From: Sphingomicrobium sp.
GTDB lineage: Bacteria > Pseudomonadota > Alphaproteobacteria > Sphingomonadales > Sphingomonadaceae
Length of the DNA stretch: 48,388 nt
Assembly (NCBI GenBank): GCA_035545385.1
Contig: DASZYL010000147.1
Location: 1 to 48,388, forward strand
Direction: 5' to 3'
This document shows, piece after piece, positions 1 through 8,532 of the stretch; position 1 is the first letter of the stretch, and the number at the start of each line of letters is the position of its first letter. The translations under genes were made by a program, and so were the position numbers. A model generated the notes under the pieces. That model searched no databases. It worked only from the letters and a program-made list of their open reading frames with translations, and had not been told where the DNA came from.

Positions 1-1
1 G

Positions 2-1804
2 GACAGCGACCGCGAGAATGCGCGCACGATCGACTGGCGCTCGCGTATCCATCCCGACGACCAGGAGCGCATCATCGCCGAGAGCATCGCCGGTGAAGCT
101 TCCCTTCAGCCCTTCACACTCGAGGGGCGTTACGCCCGCTACGACGGCGAATATCGCTGGCTGAGGAGCGTATCACAGCCGCGATTTGGAGTGGATGGAG
201 AGCTGGTCGGGTTCATCGGCGTCGCGACCGATATCACCCTCGCCAAGGAGGCGGAGCTCGAGTTGAAGGCCCAGGTCGGCGAGCAGACTCGGGAGCTTGC
301 GCTGTCCGAAGCCCGTTTCCGGGCGGTTTTCGACACGGTGCTCGAAGTCCTTGTGCTCATGGAGCCCAATGGAACGGTCGTCGAGATGAACCGCAAGGAG
401 ACGCCGTGGCGGGCCACGGAAACCCGCGATGCGGTCGGCAAGAAGATCTGGGACTCGCCCACCTTGAAGCTCTATCCGCAGCATGTCCCCGTAATGAAGA
501 GGGCCGTTAAGCAGGCGGCGGGCGGCAAAATCTTCCAGCAGGAGTTGAGGATGGAGCGCGAGGGCGTTCCAACCGCTCACCTCGACGTCTCGGTCCAGCC
601 GGTCCGCGACCCCGACGGGAAAATTGTCTACCTCCTGTTCGAAGCGCGCGACATCACGGACCTCAAGGCGGCCCAGGAGCAACTGCGGCAAAGCCAGAAG
701 ATGGAAGCGCTCGGCCAGCTCACCGGGGGGATCGCGCACGACTTCAACAACCTGTTGACGGTGGTCGTCGGCGGTCTCGACATCATCACGAAGCGGGCCG
801 AGGACGAGAAGCTCAAGCGCTATGCCGAGAACGCACTCGCGGCCGCAGAACGCGGAGCACGGCTGACCGCCCAGCTTCTTGCATTCAGCCGGGTCCAGCG
901 GCTCGAGGTCCGCCCAACCTTCGTCGCCCCGCTCATCCAGAACATGCGTCCGCTTCTGAGGAACGTGCTCGGCCCCGGAATCACCAAGGAGTTCGATCTC
1001 GACGAATCGCTGATGCCGGTCGCGGCCGATCCGACCCAGCTCGAAGTGGCAATCCTCAATCTCGCGATCAACGCCCGGGATGCGATGCCGGGAGGCGGCG
1101 TCCTCAAGTTCGCAACGAGGAAGATCGCGATCAGCACGGACCCCGAGCTCGAGGACGGCGACTATATCGAGCTCACGATCAGCGACACCGGGGTCGGGAT
1201 GCCACCCGAAGTTGCCGAGCGAGCCTTCGAGCCCTTCTTCACGACCAAGGAGGTCGGAAAGGGAACCGGTCTTGGACTGTCGATGGTCTACGGGATGGCG
1301 CGCCAGTCTGGCGGGGCGGTTCGAATCGAGAGCAGGCCCGGCGAAGGAACTGCGGTGAGAATGTATTTCCGGAAGGCCGAAGCGCGCATGGTCCTCGATG
1401 CGGCCGCCACTTCCGAAACCGCGCTCGCCGAAGTCGAGCGGCAGGCCGCCTCCGTGCTCGTTATCGACGACGACCCCGACGTCCGCGCCTTCATCGCTGC
1501 CGCGCTCGAGGACCAGGGTTTCCTCGTTCGGCAGGCCAGCGGCGGCCGTGAAGGCCTGGCCGAGGTCCAGCGCGAGAAGCCCGACCTCGTGATCGTGGAT
1601 TTCGTGATGCCCGAGATGAGCGGCGCGGAGGTTGCCAAGAGGATCAGGACGAAGATCCCGCAGCAGTCGATTCTCTTCGTTTCAGGGTACAGCGAGACCG
1701 AAGCGGTCAAGCGGACGGCGCCCGACGCGCCTCTTCTGACCAAACCGTTCCGAGCGGATGCGCTTCACCGGGCCGTCCGAGCCGCCCTTCCCCCTCTTGG
1801 GTGA
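2..1804 (+). CDS. PAS-domain hybrid sensor histidine kinase/response regulator (5'-truncated by window edge)
   Basis: Frame is open from position 2 (..[21 protein letters not shown].., PAS_3-like). Second PAS, H-box [12 protein letters not shown]-box [29 protein letters not shown]-terminal receiver (VLVIDDD..VDFVMP..TKPF). Confidence 0.93.
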   Translation, partial: DSDRENARTIDWRSRIHPDDQERIIAESIAGEASLQPFTLEGRYARYDGEYRWLRSVSQPRFGVDGELVGFIGVATDITLAKEAELELKAQVGEQTRELALSEARFRAVFDTVLEVLVLMEPNGTVVEMNRKETPWRATETRDAVGKKIWDSPTLKLYPQHVPVMKRAVKQAAGGKIFQQELRMEREGVPTAHLDVSVQPVRDPDGKIVYLLFEARDITDLKAAQEQLRQSQKMEALGQLTGGIAHDFNNLLTVVVGGLDIITKRAEDEKLKRYAENALAAAERGARLTAQLLAFSRVQRLEVRPTFVAPLIQNMRPLLRNVLGPGITKEFDLDESLMPVAADPTQLEVAILNLAINARDAMPGGGVLKFATRKIAISTDPELEDGDYIELTISDTGVGMPPEVAERAFEPFFTTKEVGKGTGLGLSMVYGMARQSGGAVRIESRPGEGTAVRMYFRKAEARMVLDAAATSETALAEVERQAASVLVIDDDPDVRAFIAAALEDQGFLVRQASGGREGLAEVQREKPDLVIVDFVMPEMSGAEVAKRIRTKIPQQSILFVSGYSETEAVKRTAPDAPLLTKPFRADALHRAVRAALPPLG

Positions 1805-1831
1805 GCTTCCTCAGCGCTTTGCGAGAAAGGC

Positions 1832-1856
1832 TGAACGTTGGGGCTGCTCGCTCGTT
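1832..1856 (+). promoter_or_regulatory. putative ECF sigma-factor promoter TGAAC-N16-CGTT
   Basis: TGAAC 1832-1836, 16-nt spacer, CGTT 1853-1856, 9 nt before ATG 1866. One mismatch to the GGAAC-N16-CGTT EcfG/SigT-type consensus. Confidence 0.45.
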
Positions 1857-1865
1857 ACCGCGGCC

Positions 1866-2162
1866 ATGGTCCGATTGGCCTTCGCCTCGATGGCTCTTGC
1901 TCTGGCAGCTCCAGTGCATGCGCAGGGGAGGCCTGCGGGTCTCGAGACCACCCCGGCCGCGATGCAGCTCTTCGAGCGCGACTGGGTGCTCATGAACTGG
2001 GCACTGAAATTCTACGATTCGGACCACGACATCCTCCTGGACTCAAGGGAAGCGGCCGCCGCTGCGGCAGAGTTTCGAAAGCTCGCCGACAAGGACGAAG
2101 ACGGCCGGGTCACCCCCGCGGAATATCGCGCGGCGCGCGAAGCCATCCTCGCCGGCGGCTGA
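1866..2162 (+). CDS. small secreted EF-hand-like protein
   Basis: Signal peptide (MVRLAFASMALALAAPVHA). Two EF-hand-like loops, DSDHDILLDSRE and DKDEDGRVTPAE. Confidence 0.75.
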   Translation: MVRLAFASMALALAAPVHAQGRPAGLETTPAAMQLFERDWVLMNWALKFYDSDHDILLDSREAAAAAAEFRKLADKDEDGRVTPAEYRAAREAILAGG

Positions 2163-2176
2163 GGCGAAAAGCCTCA
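2160..2176 (+). terminator. short hairpin at the stop codon, possible terminator
   Basis: tgaggc-gaaaa-gcctca inverted repeat; no U tract. Confidence 0.3.
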
Positions 2177-2315
2177 TCAAGATTTTCGATTTGACCGACT
2201 CACCGCTGGAGGCGCACGGGCGTGCCCGGCCGCGCGTCGATCGCGTACCGGCATCTCCACGGCCGAGCACCTTCCGAGTTCGGTAAGCGTCTCCCCCAAG
2301 ACCAGGAGAATGACC

Positions 2316-3611
2316 ATGGCCGACACGACATCGCCCGAGGGCGGTGCGGACACTCTTGCACCACCGCAGCCCGCTTCCACAAAGACTTCGACGGCCGAGC
2401 CGACGCAGACGGTCATTCTCGGAGCCCCCGACGAGATCCATCCCTTCGCCTTCCATGCGTCGGAGGATGACCTCGCCGATCTCAGGAAAAGGATCGAAGC
2501 GACTCGATGGCCCAGCCGCGAGCTCGTCGACGACGCATCCCAGGGCGTGCAGCTCGCGACGATCCAGAAGCTTGCCGATTACTGGGCCCGCGAGCACGAC
2601 TGGCGCAAGGTCGAGGCCAGGATCAATTCCTATCCGAACTTCATCACCAGCATCGAGGGTGTCGACATCCACTTCATCCATGTGAAGTCGAAGCATCCGA
2701 ACGCCTTGCCGATCATCGTCACTCACGGATGGCCCGGATCGATCATCGAGCAACTGAAGATCATCGAGCCCCTGACCGACCCCACGGCCCATGGCGGTAC
2801 CGAAGCCGATGCCTTCGATGTCGTCATTCCCTCGATGCCGGGCTACGGTTTTTCGGGCAAGCCGGCGACGACAGGCTGGGGCCCGGAGCGGATTGCCACC
2901 GCCTGGGGCGAGCTGATGAGCCGCCTCGGCTACCAGCGCTATGTCGCGCAAGGGGGAGACTGGGGAGCCCAGATCGTCGATTATCTGGGGGCACAGGAGC
3001 CACGCGGACTTGTCGGAATCAACACCAACATGGCTGGAGCGATTCCACCCCCGATCGACCAGGCAGCGCTTGCCGGAGCGCCCGCTCCCCAAGGCCTCGA
3101 CGAGGAGGAGCGGCAAGCCTTCGATCACGTCTCCTTCTTCTACAAGCATGGCCTTGGCTATGCGATCGAGATGGGGAACCGCCCGCAGACGCTCTACGCG
3201 CTCGAGGATTCGCCCGTCGGGCTCGCCGCCTGGATCATCGACCACGACATCTGGACCTACAAGCAGATCGCGCGGGTTTTCGAGGGCGAAGAGCTCGGTT
3301 TCAGCCGGGACGATATCCTCGACAACATCACGCTTTATTGGCTGACCCGAACGGCCGTTTCCTCGGCCCGCCTTTACTGGGAGAACAAGGCCGCCTTCTT
3401 CGCTCCCAAGGGAGTTAAGGTTCCCACCGTCGTCAGCGTGTTCCCGGAAGACATTCCGGGACCGATCCCGAGGAAGTGGGCACAGGCCGCTTACCCGAAC
3501 CTGCTCTATTACAAGAAGCACCCCGAAGGGGCGCATTTCGCAGCCTGGGAGCAGACAGGGGCGCTGGTCGACGACCTTCGCGAAGGATTCCGGTCGTTGC
3601 GGACGGGCTGA
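2316..3611 (+). CDS. epoxide hydrolase (alpha/beta hydrolase with EHN-type N-terminus)
   Basis: HGWP oxyanion motif, QGGDWG nucleophile elbow, C-terminal HFAAWEQ. SD aggag is better spaced to ATG 2316 than to ATG 2310. Confidence 0.92.
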   Translation: MADTTSPEGGADTLAPPQPASTKTSTAEPTQTVILGAPDEIHPFAFHASEDDLADLRKRIEATRWPSRELVDDASQGVQLATIQKLADYWAREHDWRKVEARINSYPNFITSIEGVDIHFIHVKSKHPNALPIIVTHGWPGSIIEQLKIIEPLTDPTAHGGTEADAFDVVIPSMPGYGFSGKPATTGWGPERIATAWGELMSRLGYQRYVAQGGDWGAQIVDYLGAQEPRGLVGINTNMAGAIPPPIDQAALAGAPAPQGLDEEERQAFDHVSFFYKHGLGYAIEMGNRPQTLYALEDSPVGLAAWIIDHDIWTYKQIARVFEGEELGFSRDDILDNITLYWLTRTAVSSARLYWENKAAFFAPKGVKVPTVVSVFPEDIPGPIPRKWAQAAYPNLLYYKKHPEGAHFAAWEQTGALVDDLREGFRSLRTG

Positions 3612-3623
3612 ACCCTTGAACGG

Positions 3624-3655
3624 CGTTCGAGCAGCGTCCCGGCGCTGCTCGAGCG
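3624..3655 (+). terminator. GC-rich stem-loop downstream of epoxide hydrolase
   Basis: cgttcgagcagcg(3624-3636)...cgctgctcgagcg(3643-3655), 13-bp stem with one G-U pair; no U tract. Confidence 0.4.
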
Positions 3656-3794
3656 ACCAACCTCTCAATCATCGTGACCGTAATTTTCAATTTGACCGGC
3701 GAAGGTCAGCGGCGCAGCGGCAGCATTTGACGCCGCACCCATCCCCGCCTGTCCAGTGTCGCGGCCACGGACCCCAGCTGAAGGAGACCATGAG

Positions 3795-4316
3795 ATGAGC
3801 ACGGAAGACCTTCTCATTATCCACTCGGATACGCTTGGAACGCCGACCGATCTCAAGAAGGAGGCGGTTCGGGACATCTCGGCGGCGTTGAATGCGCTTC
3901 TCGCCGACATGTTCGCGCTCTATCTCAAGACCAAGAACTTCCATTGGCACGTCTCGGGCCCGCACTTCCGCGACTTCCATCTCCTTCTCGACGAGCAGGC
4001 GGACCAGATTTTCGCGACGACCGATCCGATCGCCGAGCGCGTGCGCAAGATCGGAGGGACGACCCTTCGCTCGATCGGCCAGATCGCCGCCCAGAAGCGG
4101 CTTCTCGACAATGACGCCGAGTTCGTCACTCCACTCGACATGCTCGCCGAGCTTCGCGAGGACAACAAGCAGCTCGCCGCCGAAATGAGGCGCACGCATA
4201 CGCTGTGCGAAGAGCACAATGATGTCGCCACCGCGAGCCTGCTCGAGGTCTGGATCGACGAGGCGGAACGGCGGACCTGGTTCCTGTTCGAAGCGACGCG
4301 CCGGGTCGAGCCCTGA
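3795..4316 (+). CDS. dps: DNA starvation/stationary-phase protection protein Dps
   Basis: LYLKTKNFHWHVSGPHFRDFHLLLDEQ..D.IAERVR ferroxidase signature; SD aaggag at 3781. Confidence 0.95.
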   Translation: MSTEDLLIIHSDTLGTPTDLKKEAVRDISAALNALLADMFALYLKTKNFHWHVSGPHFRDFHLLLDEQADQIFATTDPIAERVRKIGGTTLRSIGQIAAQKRLLDNDAEFVTPLDMLAELREDNKQLAAEMRRTHTLCEEHNDVATASLLEVWIDEAERRTWFLFEATRRVEP

Positions 4317-4356
4317 GCCTCGGGAGATGAGGACCAGGACGGGCTGGGCGAGAAGC

Positions 4357-5460
4357 TCAGCCCCCCGGCCGAGGTCTCCGGATGCTCCAGGCGCGCGCTG
4401 AAAAAGCGAGGCCGGCGATGACCGCAACGGCGATGGCGACCCGGAGGAACATGCCGCTGACGAGCCAGTAGAAGATGGCCGCGACGGTCGCCGCCGCAGG
4501 GATGGTGATCACCCAGGCCATCGCGATATTCCCGGTGAGGCCCCAGCGCACAGCCGATGCTCGCCGGGCGGCTCCTGCGCCGATGACGCAGCCCGCGATC
4601 GTGTGCGTGGTCGATACGGGGATGCCGAGGTAGGAGGCTGCAAACAGCATCACCGAGCCACCAAGGGATGCGGAAAAGCCCTGGTGCTGGTTGAGCTTGG
4701 TGATCCGTGTCCCCATCGTCTCGATGATCCGCCATCCACCGCTCAGAGTGCCGATGCCCATCGCGACGTAGCAGCATAGAGCCACCCAGTTCGGAACCGC
4801 GAAATGGCCCTCCAGATAGCCGGTTGAATAGAGCAGCACGGTGATGATGCCCATCGTCTTCTGGGCATCGTTGAGGCCGTGGCCGAGCGAATAGGACCCT
4901 GCCGAGAACAGATGCAGGACACGGAATGTCCGCTCTGCACCCCGAGCGCTCGCGCGCTGTCCCAGCCAGCTCGTAAAGAGCATGATCGCCATCGTGAGGA
5001 TGAGGCCGAGAACGGGCGAAAGCACGATCGCGATGAGGGTCTTGTTGAGCCCGACCCACTGGATGCTCGGGAACCCCGCGTGCGCGACTCCAGCGCCGAT
5101 GATGCCGCCGACGAGAGCGTGACTGGAGGAGGAAGGAATGCCCTTCACCCAGGTCACCACGTTCCAGAACATCGCGCCGATGAGCGCTCCGAACACGACA
5201 GCGGGCGTTACGAGATCCTTGTCGATGAGCCCCTTTCCGATCGTGTCGGCGACATTGTGCAGCTCGGGCCACTGGAGCGCCAGGAAGTAGGCGGCGAAGT
5301 TGAAGAAGGCCGCAAATCCAACGGCCGCAACGGGGCTGATCAGGCGCGTCCCGACGACCGTCGCGATCGAGTTTGCAGCGTCATGAAGGCCGTTGAGAAA
5401 GTCGAATCCGAGCGCGACGATGATCAGGCCGATCAGCAACGGAAGTGCGAGCTGGTGCAC
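4357..5460 (-). CDS. pit: inorganic phosphate transporter, PiT family
   Basis: NGLHDAANSIAT, GIPSSSSHA, HGLNDAQK and GIPVSTTH signatures. Confidence 0.95.
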   Translation of the reverse strand: MHQLALPLLIGLIIVALGFDFLNGLHDAANSIATVVGTRLISPVAAVGFAAFFNFAAYFLALQWPELHNVADTIGKGLIDKDLVTPAVVFGALIGAMFWNVVTWVKGIPSSSSHALVGGIIGAGVAHAGFPSIQWVGLNKTLIAIVLSPVLGLILTMAIMLFTSWLGQRASARGAERTFRVLHLFSAGSYSLGHGLNDAQKTMGIITVLLYSTGYLEGHFAVPNWVALCCYVAMGIGTLSGGWRIIETMGTRITKLNQHQGFSASLGGSVMLFAASYLGIPVSTTHTIAGCVIGAGAARRASAVRWGLTGNIAMAWVITIPAAATVAAIFYWLVSGMFLRVAIAVAVIAGLAFSARAWSIRRPRPGG

Positions 5461-5473
5461 CAGTTTCTCTCGC

Positions 5474-6118
5474 TCAGGCGTGATCGATCACGATGCCGTC
5501 GATCTCGTTCGCGACATCCTCGAACGCGTCGATGATGCGCTCGAGATGCTTGTAGATCTCGCGTGCGACGATGAACTGCATCGGGCTGCTCTGCGAATAT
5601 TCCTGGTAGGCTTTCTTGAGGCCCGCAGCGTGGATCACGTCGGCGTCGCTTTCGAGGTGCACGAGCTTCTCGGTCAGGATGTGAAGCTTGGGACCGTTGC
5701 GGGTGAGATCGCGAAGCATCGGGACCGCTTCGGCGGTGAGATCCGCCGCTTCGACGATGATCTTCACCATGCGCTTCATCTCCGGCTCGAAGCGCGACAC
5801 GTCGTAAAGCGCGATTGCCCGGGCCGTGTCCTGCATCTCGTCGATCGCGTCGTCCATTGCGCCGATGAGCGATGTTATGGCCCCACGGTCGAAAGGCGTG
5901 AGGAACGTCTGCCGGACCGAGCGGAGAACCTGCCGGATGACATCGTCCGCTTCATGTTCCTGGCGATTGATCTCGGCGATGTGGACTTGCGCGTCCTTCC
6001 CGCCGGCTGACAGCTCGCGAAGGGCGTTCGCAGCGGCGACAAGGGTCGCCGCGTGTCGATCGAACATTGCAAAGAAGTCGCTCGTCCTCGGGAGGAGGGA
6101 CTGGAACCAGTTGAACAT
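5474..6118 (-). CDS. DUF47 (PhoU-like) phosphate transport regulator
   Basis: EHEADD..FLTPFDR..DDAID and LESDAD..LERIIDAFEDVANEI; canonical position directly upstream of pit. Confidence 0.92.
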   Translation of the reverse strand: MFNWFQSLLPRTSDFFAMFDRHAATLVAAANALRELSAGGKDAQVHIAEINRQEHEADDVIRQVLRSVRQTFLTPFDRGAITSLIGAMDDAIDEMQDTARAIALYDVSRFEPEMKRMVKIIVEAADLTAEAVPMLRDLTRNGPKLHILTEKLVHLESDADVIHAAGLKKAYQEYSQSSPMQFIVAREIYKHLERIIDAFEDVANEIDGIVIDHA

Positions 6119-6252
6119 CAATGCCCCTGCAGTCGGTGCCTTGGGCTTAGTCGACACCCGTGACCGCCGCAACTCGCTCTGCCCGAAAGTCGCCTTGCGC
6201 CATCGCCTCGAGCGACGCCTGGGAGCCGACGGGACCTGCCATCAGCGGCCAT

Positions 6253-6945
6253 TCAGCCAGTCATGAGCCGGTAGCCGACTCCCGGTTCGTTGACGATCAA
6301 CCTCGGCTCTGAGGGCGTTTCCTCCAGCTTCTGCCTCAACGAGCGGATCGCCACGCGAAGATATTCGGTCTGGCCGACGTGCGCCGCTCCCCAGATCGAG
6401 CGAAGCAGCATCTGGTGCGTGAACACCCGGCCCGGATGCTTGGCAAGCTCGGCAAGTAGGTCCCATTCCTTTGGAGTCACGTGAACTTCATTGCCGTCCC
6501 GACGAATGGTTCTTGCGAAGAGATCGATCGAGATCGCGCCCGCTTCGACGATCTGCCGCTCCGATTGAGATGCGAGGCGCTGGCGAAGAGATGCCCTCAC
6601 CCTCGCCAACAATTCCTCCGTGTCGAACGGCTTTGTCACATAATCGTCGGCTCCGAGGTCGAGCGCAGCGACCTTCTGCTCGGTCTGGTCGCGCGCCGAG
6701 ACAATGATGAGAGCCGATCGCGGTTCGGCGCGCATGGCAGCGACAAGCTCGAGGCCATCGCGGTCGGGAAGTCCAAGGTCGAGGAGCACGACATCGGGCT
6801 TGTCGATCGATTTGGCGCTCAGTGCCTCGCGTGCGTTCCCGGCTTCGACGACGCTGTAGCCGGCGCGGCTGAGAGTTGCCTTGAGAAGGGTCCGGATCTG
6901 AGGCTCGTCATCGACCACGAGCACCTTTGGCGGCTTAGCCGGCAT
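6253..6945 (-). CDS. kdpE: OmpR-family response regulator, KdpE-like
   Basis: DLGLPDRDG, KVAALDLGADDYVTKPF, YLRVAIRSLRQKLE..P..IVNEPGVGYR; overlaps the upstream kinase. Confidence 0.88.
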   Translation of the reverse strand: MPAKPPKVLVVDDEPQIRTLLKATLSRAGYSVVEAGNAREALSAKSIDKPDVVLLDLGLPDRDGLELVAAMRAEPRSALIIVSARDQTEQKVAALDLGADDYVTKPFDTEELLARVRASLRQRLASQSERQIVEAGAISIDLFARTIRRDGNEVHVTPKEWDLLAELAKHPGRVFTHQMLLRSIWGAAHVGQTEYLRVAIRSLRQKLEETPSEPRLIVNEPGVGYRLMTG

Positions 6946-8464
6946 CCACGGCTTCCACGGCCTTGATCACGATCCCCCTGGGGAAACGGAGCGTGAAGAC
7001 GGCGCCCGGTCCATTGCGCCGGTTGGAAGCGGTGACCGAGGCGCCCATCGCCTCGGCAAAGGCCTTGACGATGGCAAGTCCAAGACCGGCGCCGCCTTTG
7101 CGGTCGGACCCCTCGATGCGCATGAAGGCGTCGAGCGCACGCTCTTCATCCTGCGGGAGGCCGGGCCCCTCGTCCTCGATCCCGAGCCTGACCTCGCCGT
7201 TCGAGACAGCCGCCGCGATCCTGACGGGCCCCTCGCCCGAGTAACGAGACGCATTGTCGACGAGATTGATGAGGCAATGGTGCAGGAGCTGGGGATCCGC
7301 TTCGATCAGCGGCAGGTCCTCGGGAAGATCGATACTGATCTCGCGGTGCTGCAGGGCGGCGCGCAGATCCTTGAGCGCTGCAGCGACGGCGTCGACGAGG
7401 TCCACCGGCTCGGCCTTCAGCTTGACCTCCCCGGTTTCGATTCGGGCCATGTCAAGCAGGTTCGAGATGTAGCGCTCGAGCTTGGCGGCCTCACTTTCGA
7501 GCGTGTCCAGGAGCGGGATGTCCCCCGTAAAGTAGCTGCGGAGTTCGCCCGAGGCACCGATGATGGCTGTAAGCGGAGTTCTCAGGTCGTGCCCAACGGA
7601 CGAGAGGAGCGCCGAACGGAGACGGTCACGGTCGCGGAGCGACGTGACTTCGCGGCGGTCGGCCTCGGCTCTCGCCCGCTCAAGCGCAAGGGCGAGTTGG
7701 TCGAGAAGATTCGTGAGCAGCCGAAGCTGGTCTTCGTCGACTGGAGGCGCCCCGTCGTCACGTGCGAGACCGACCGCAGCGATGTTCGTCCCTCCCGATC
7801 GCACGGCGTGGAACTGCCATTCGGCCGGCTGGATTCGCGGTGTCGCACGTCCTGCGGATTGACCCGTCTGAAGGGTGAGGGCAGCCGCCGCCAGATCGCT
7901 TGGAGTGAGCCTGCCCCCGGAGGGGACGACCGTGATCATCCGCGGCTCGGGTGATCCGCCGACGAGGGTGGCATTGCAGCCGAAAAGGACGTGCAATTCC
8001 TCAGAGGCGGTTGCGCAGATTTGTTCCTCCGTACTGGAGGACAATAGCCGCCGGGCAAAACCGGCGATGGTCGCGTTTCGCGCGGCGTGCGCCGCTGCAA
8101 GCCGCGCCTGCTCCCGGATCCCTGCAGCGAGCCGGCTAGCTACCAGCGCGACGATTAGCAGGATGGCGACGGTCACAATATCGGTGACGCGGTCGATCCG
8201 GAAGGTGTGAACCGGCTGCGTGAAGAAGAAATTGTAGGCGAGCGCGGCGGCAAGGCCGGCGACCAGCCCGGGGCCGATACCCCAGAACGTCGCGGCGGCA
8301 AGGACGGCCGGGAGATAGATCATGTCCACCGCCGCCGTGCCCCAACGTGGCGCGATCCACAGGCCGATGAGCGTCGAGACCGCCACCATCGCCAGCGCTC
8401 CGGCATAGGCCTGGATTCGGGCCGGGAGCGGCATTTGCAGGTCGATGGATGCGACGTCCGCCAT
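6935..8464 (-). CDS. kdpD: KdpD-like sensor kinase (4-TM DUF4118 + GAF-like + HisKA + HATPase), lacking the N-terminal KdpD/Usp domains
   Basis: LAYNFFFTQPVHTFRI membrane signature, LRSALLSSVGHDLRTPL H-box, NLLDMARIE, GAGLGLAIV; only 509 aa. Confidence 0.85.
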   Translation of the reverse strand: MADVASIDLQMPLPARIQAYAGALAMVAVSTLIGLWIAPRWGTAAVDMIYLPAVLAAATFWGIGPGLVAGLAAALAYNFFFTQPVHTFRIDRVTDIVTVAILLIVALVASRLAAGIREQARLAAAHAARNATIAGFARRLLSSSTEEQICATASEELHVLFGCNATLVGGSPEPRMITVVPSGGRLTPSDLAAAALTLQTGQSAGRATPRIQPAEWQFHAVRSGGTNIAAVGLARDDGAPPVDEDQLRLLTNLLDQLALALERARAEADRREVTSLRDRDRLRSALLSSVGHDLRTPLTAIIGASGELRSYFTGDIPLLDTLESEAAKLERYISNLLDMARIETGEVKLKAEPVDLVDAVAAALKDLRAALQHREISIDLPEDLPLIEADPQLLHHCLINLVDNASRYSGEGPVRIAAAVSNGEVRLGIEDEGPGLPQDEERALDAFMRIEGSDRKGGAGLGLAIVKAFAEAMGASVTASNRRNGPGAVFTLRFPRGIVIKAVEAVDAG

Positions 8465-8532
8465 GATTGCTAACTGCGCCTCGCCACGTCTCCAGTCGAG
8501 TTAAGAACGGCGAAGTTTAACACGGCTGCCAT

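Noticed and set aside
2043-3668. 541-aa minus-strand ORF
   Set aside because: Antisense shadow of epoxide hydrolase.
3790-3798. ATG-AGA-TGA mini-ORF overlapping the dps start
   Set aside because: Only 3 nt from the SD; ATG 3795 has optimal spacing; likely incidental.
8500-8521. gttaa...ttaac as a CtrA site upstream of kdpD
   Set aside because: TTAA half-sites are 12 nt apart, not 7.
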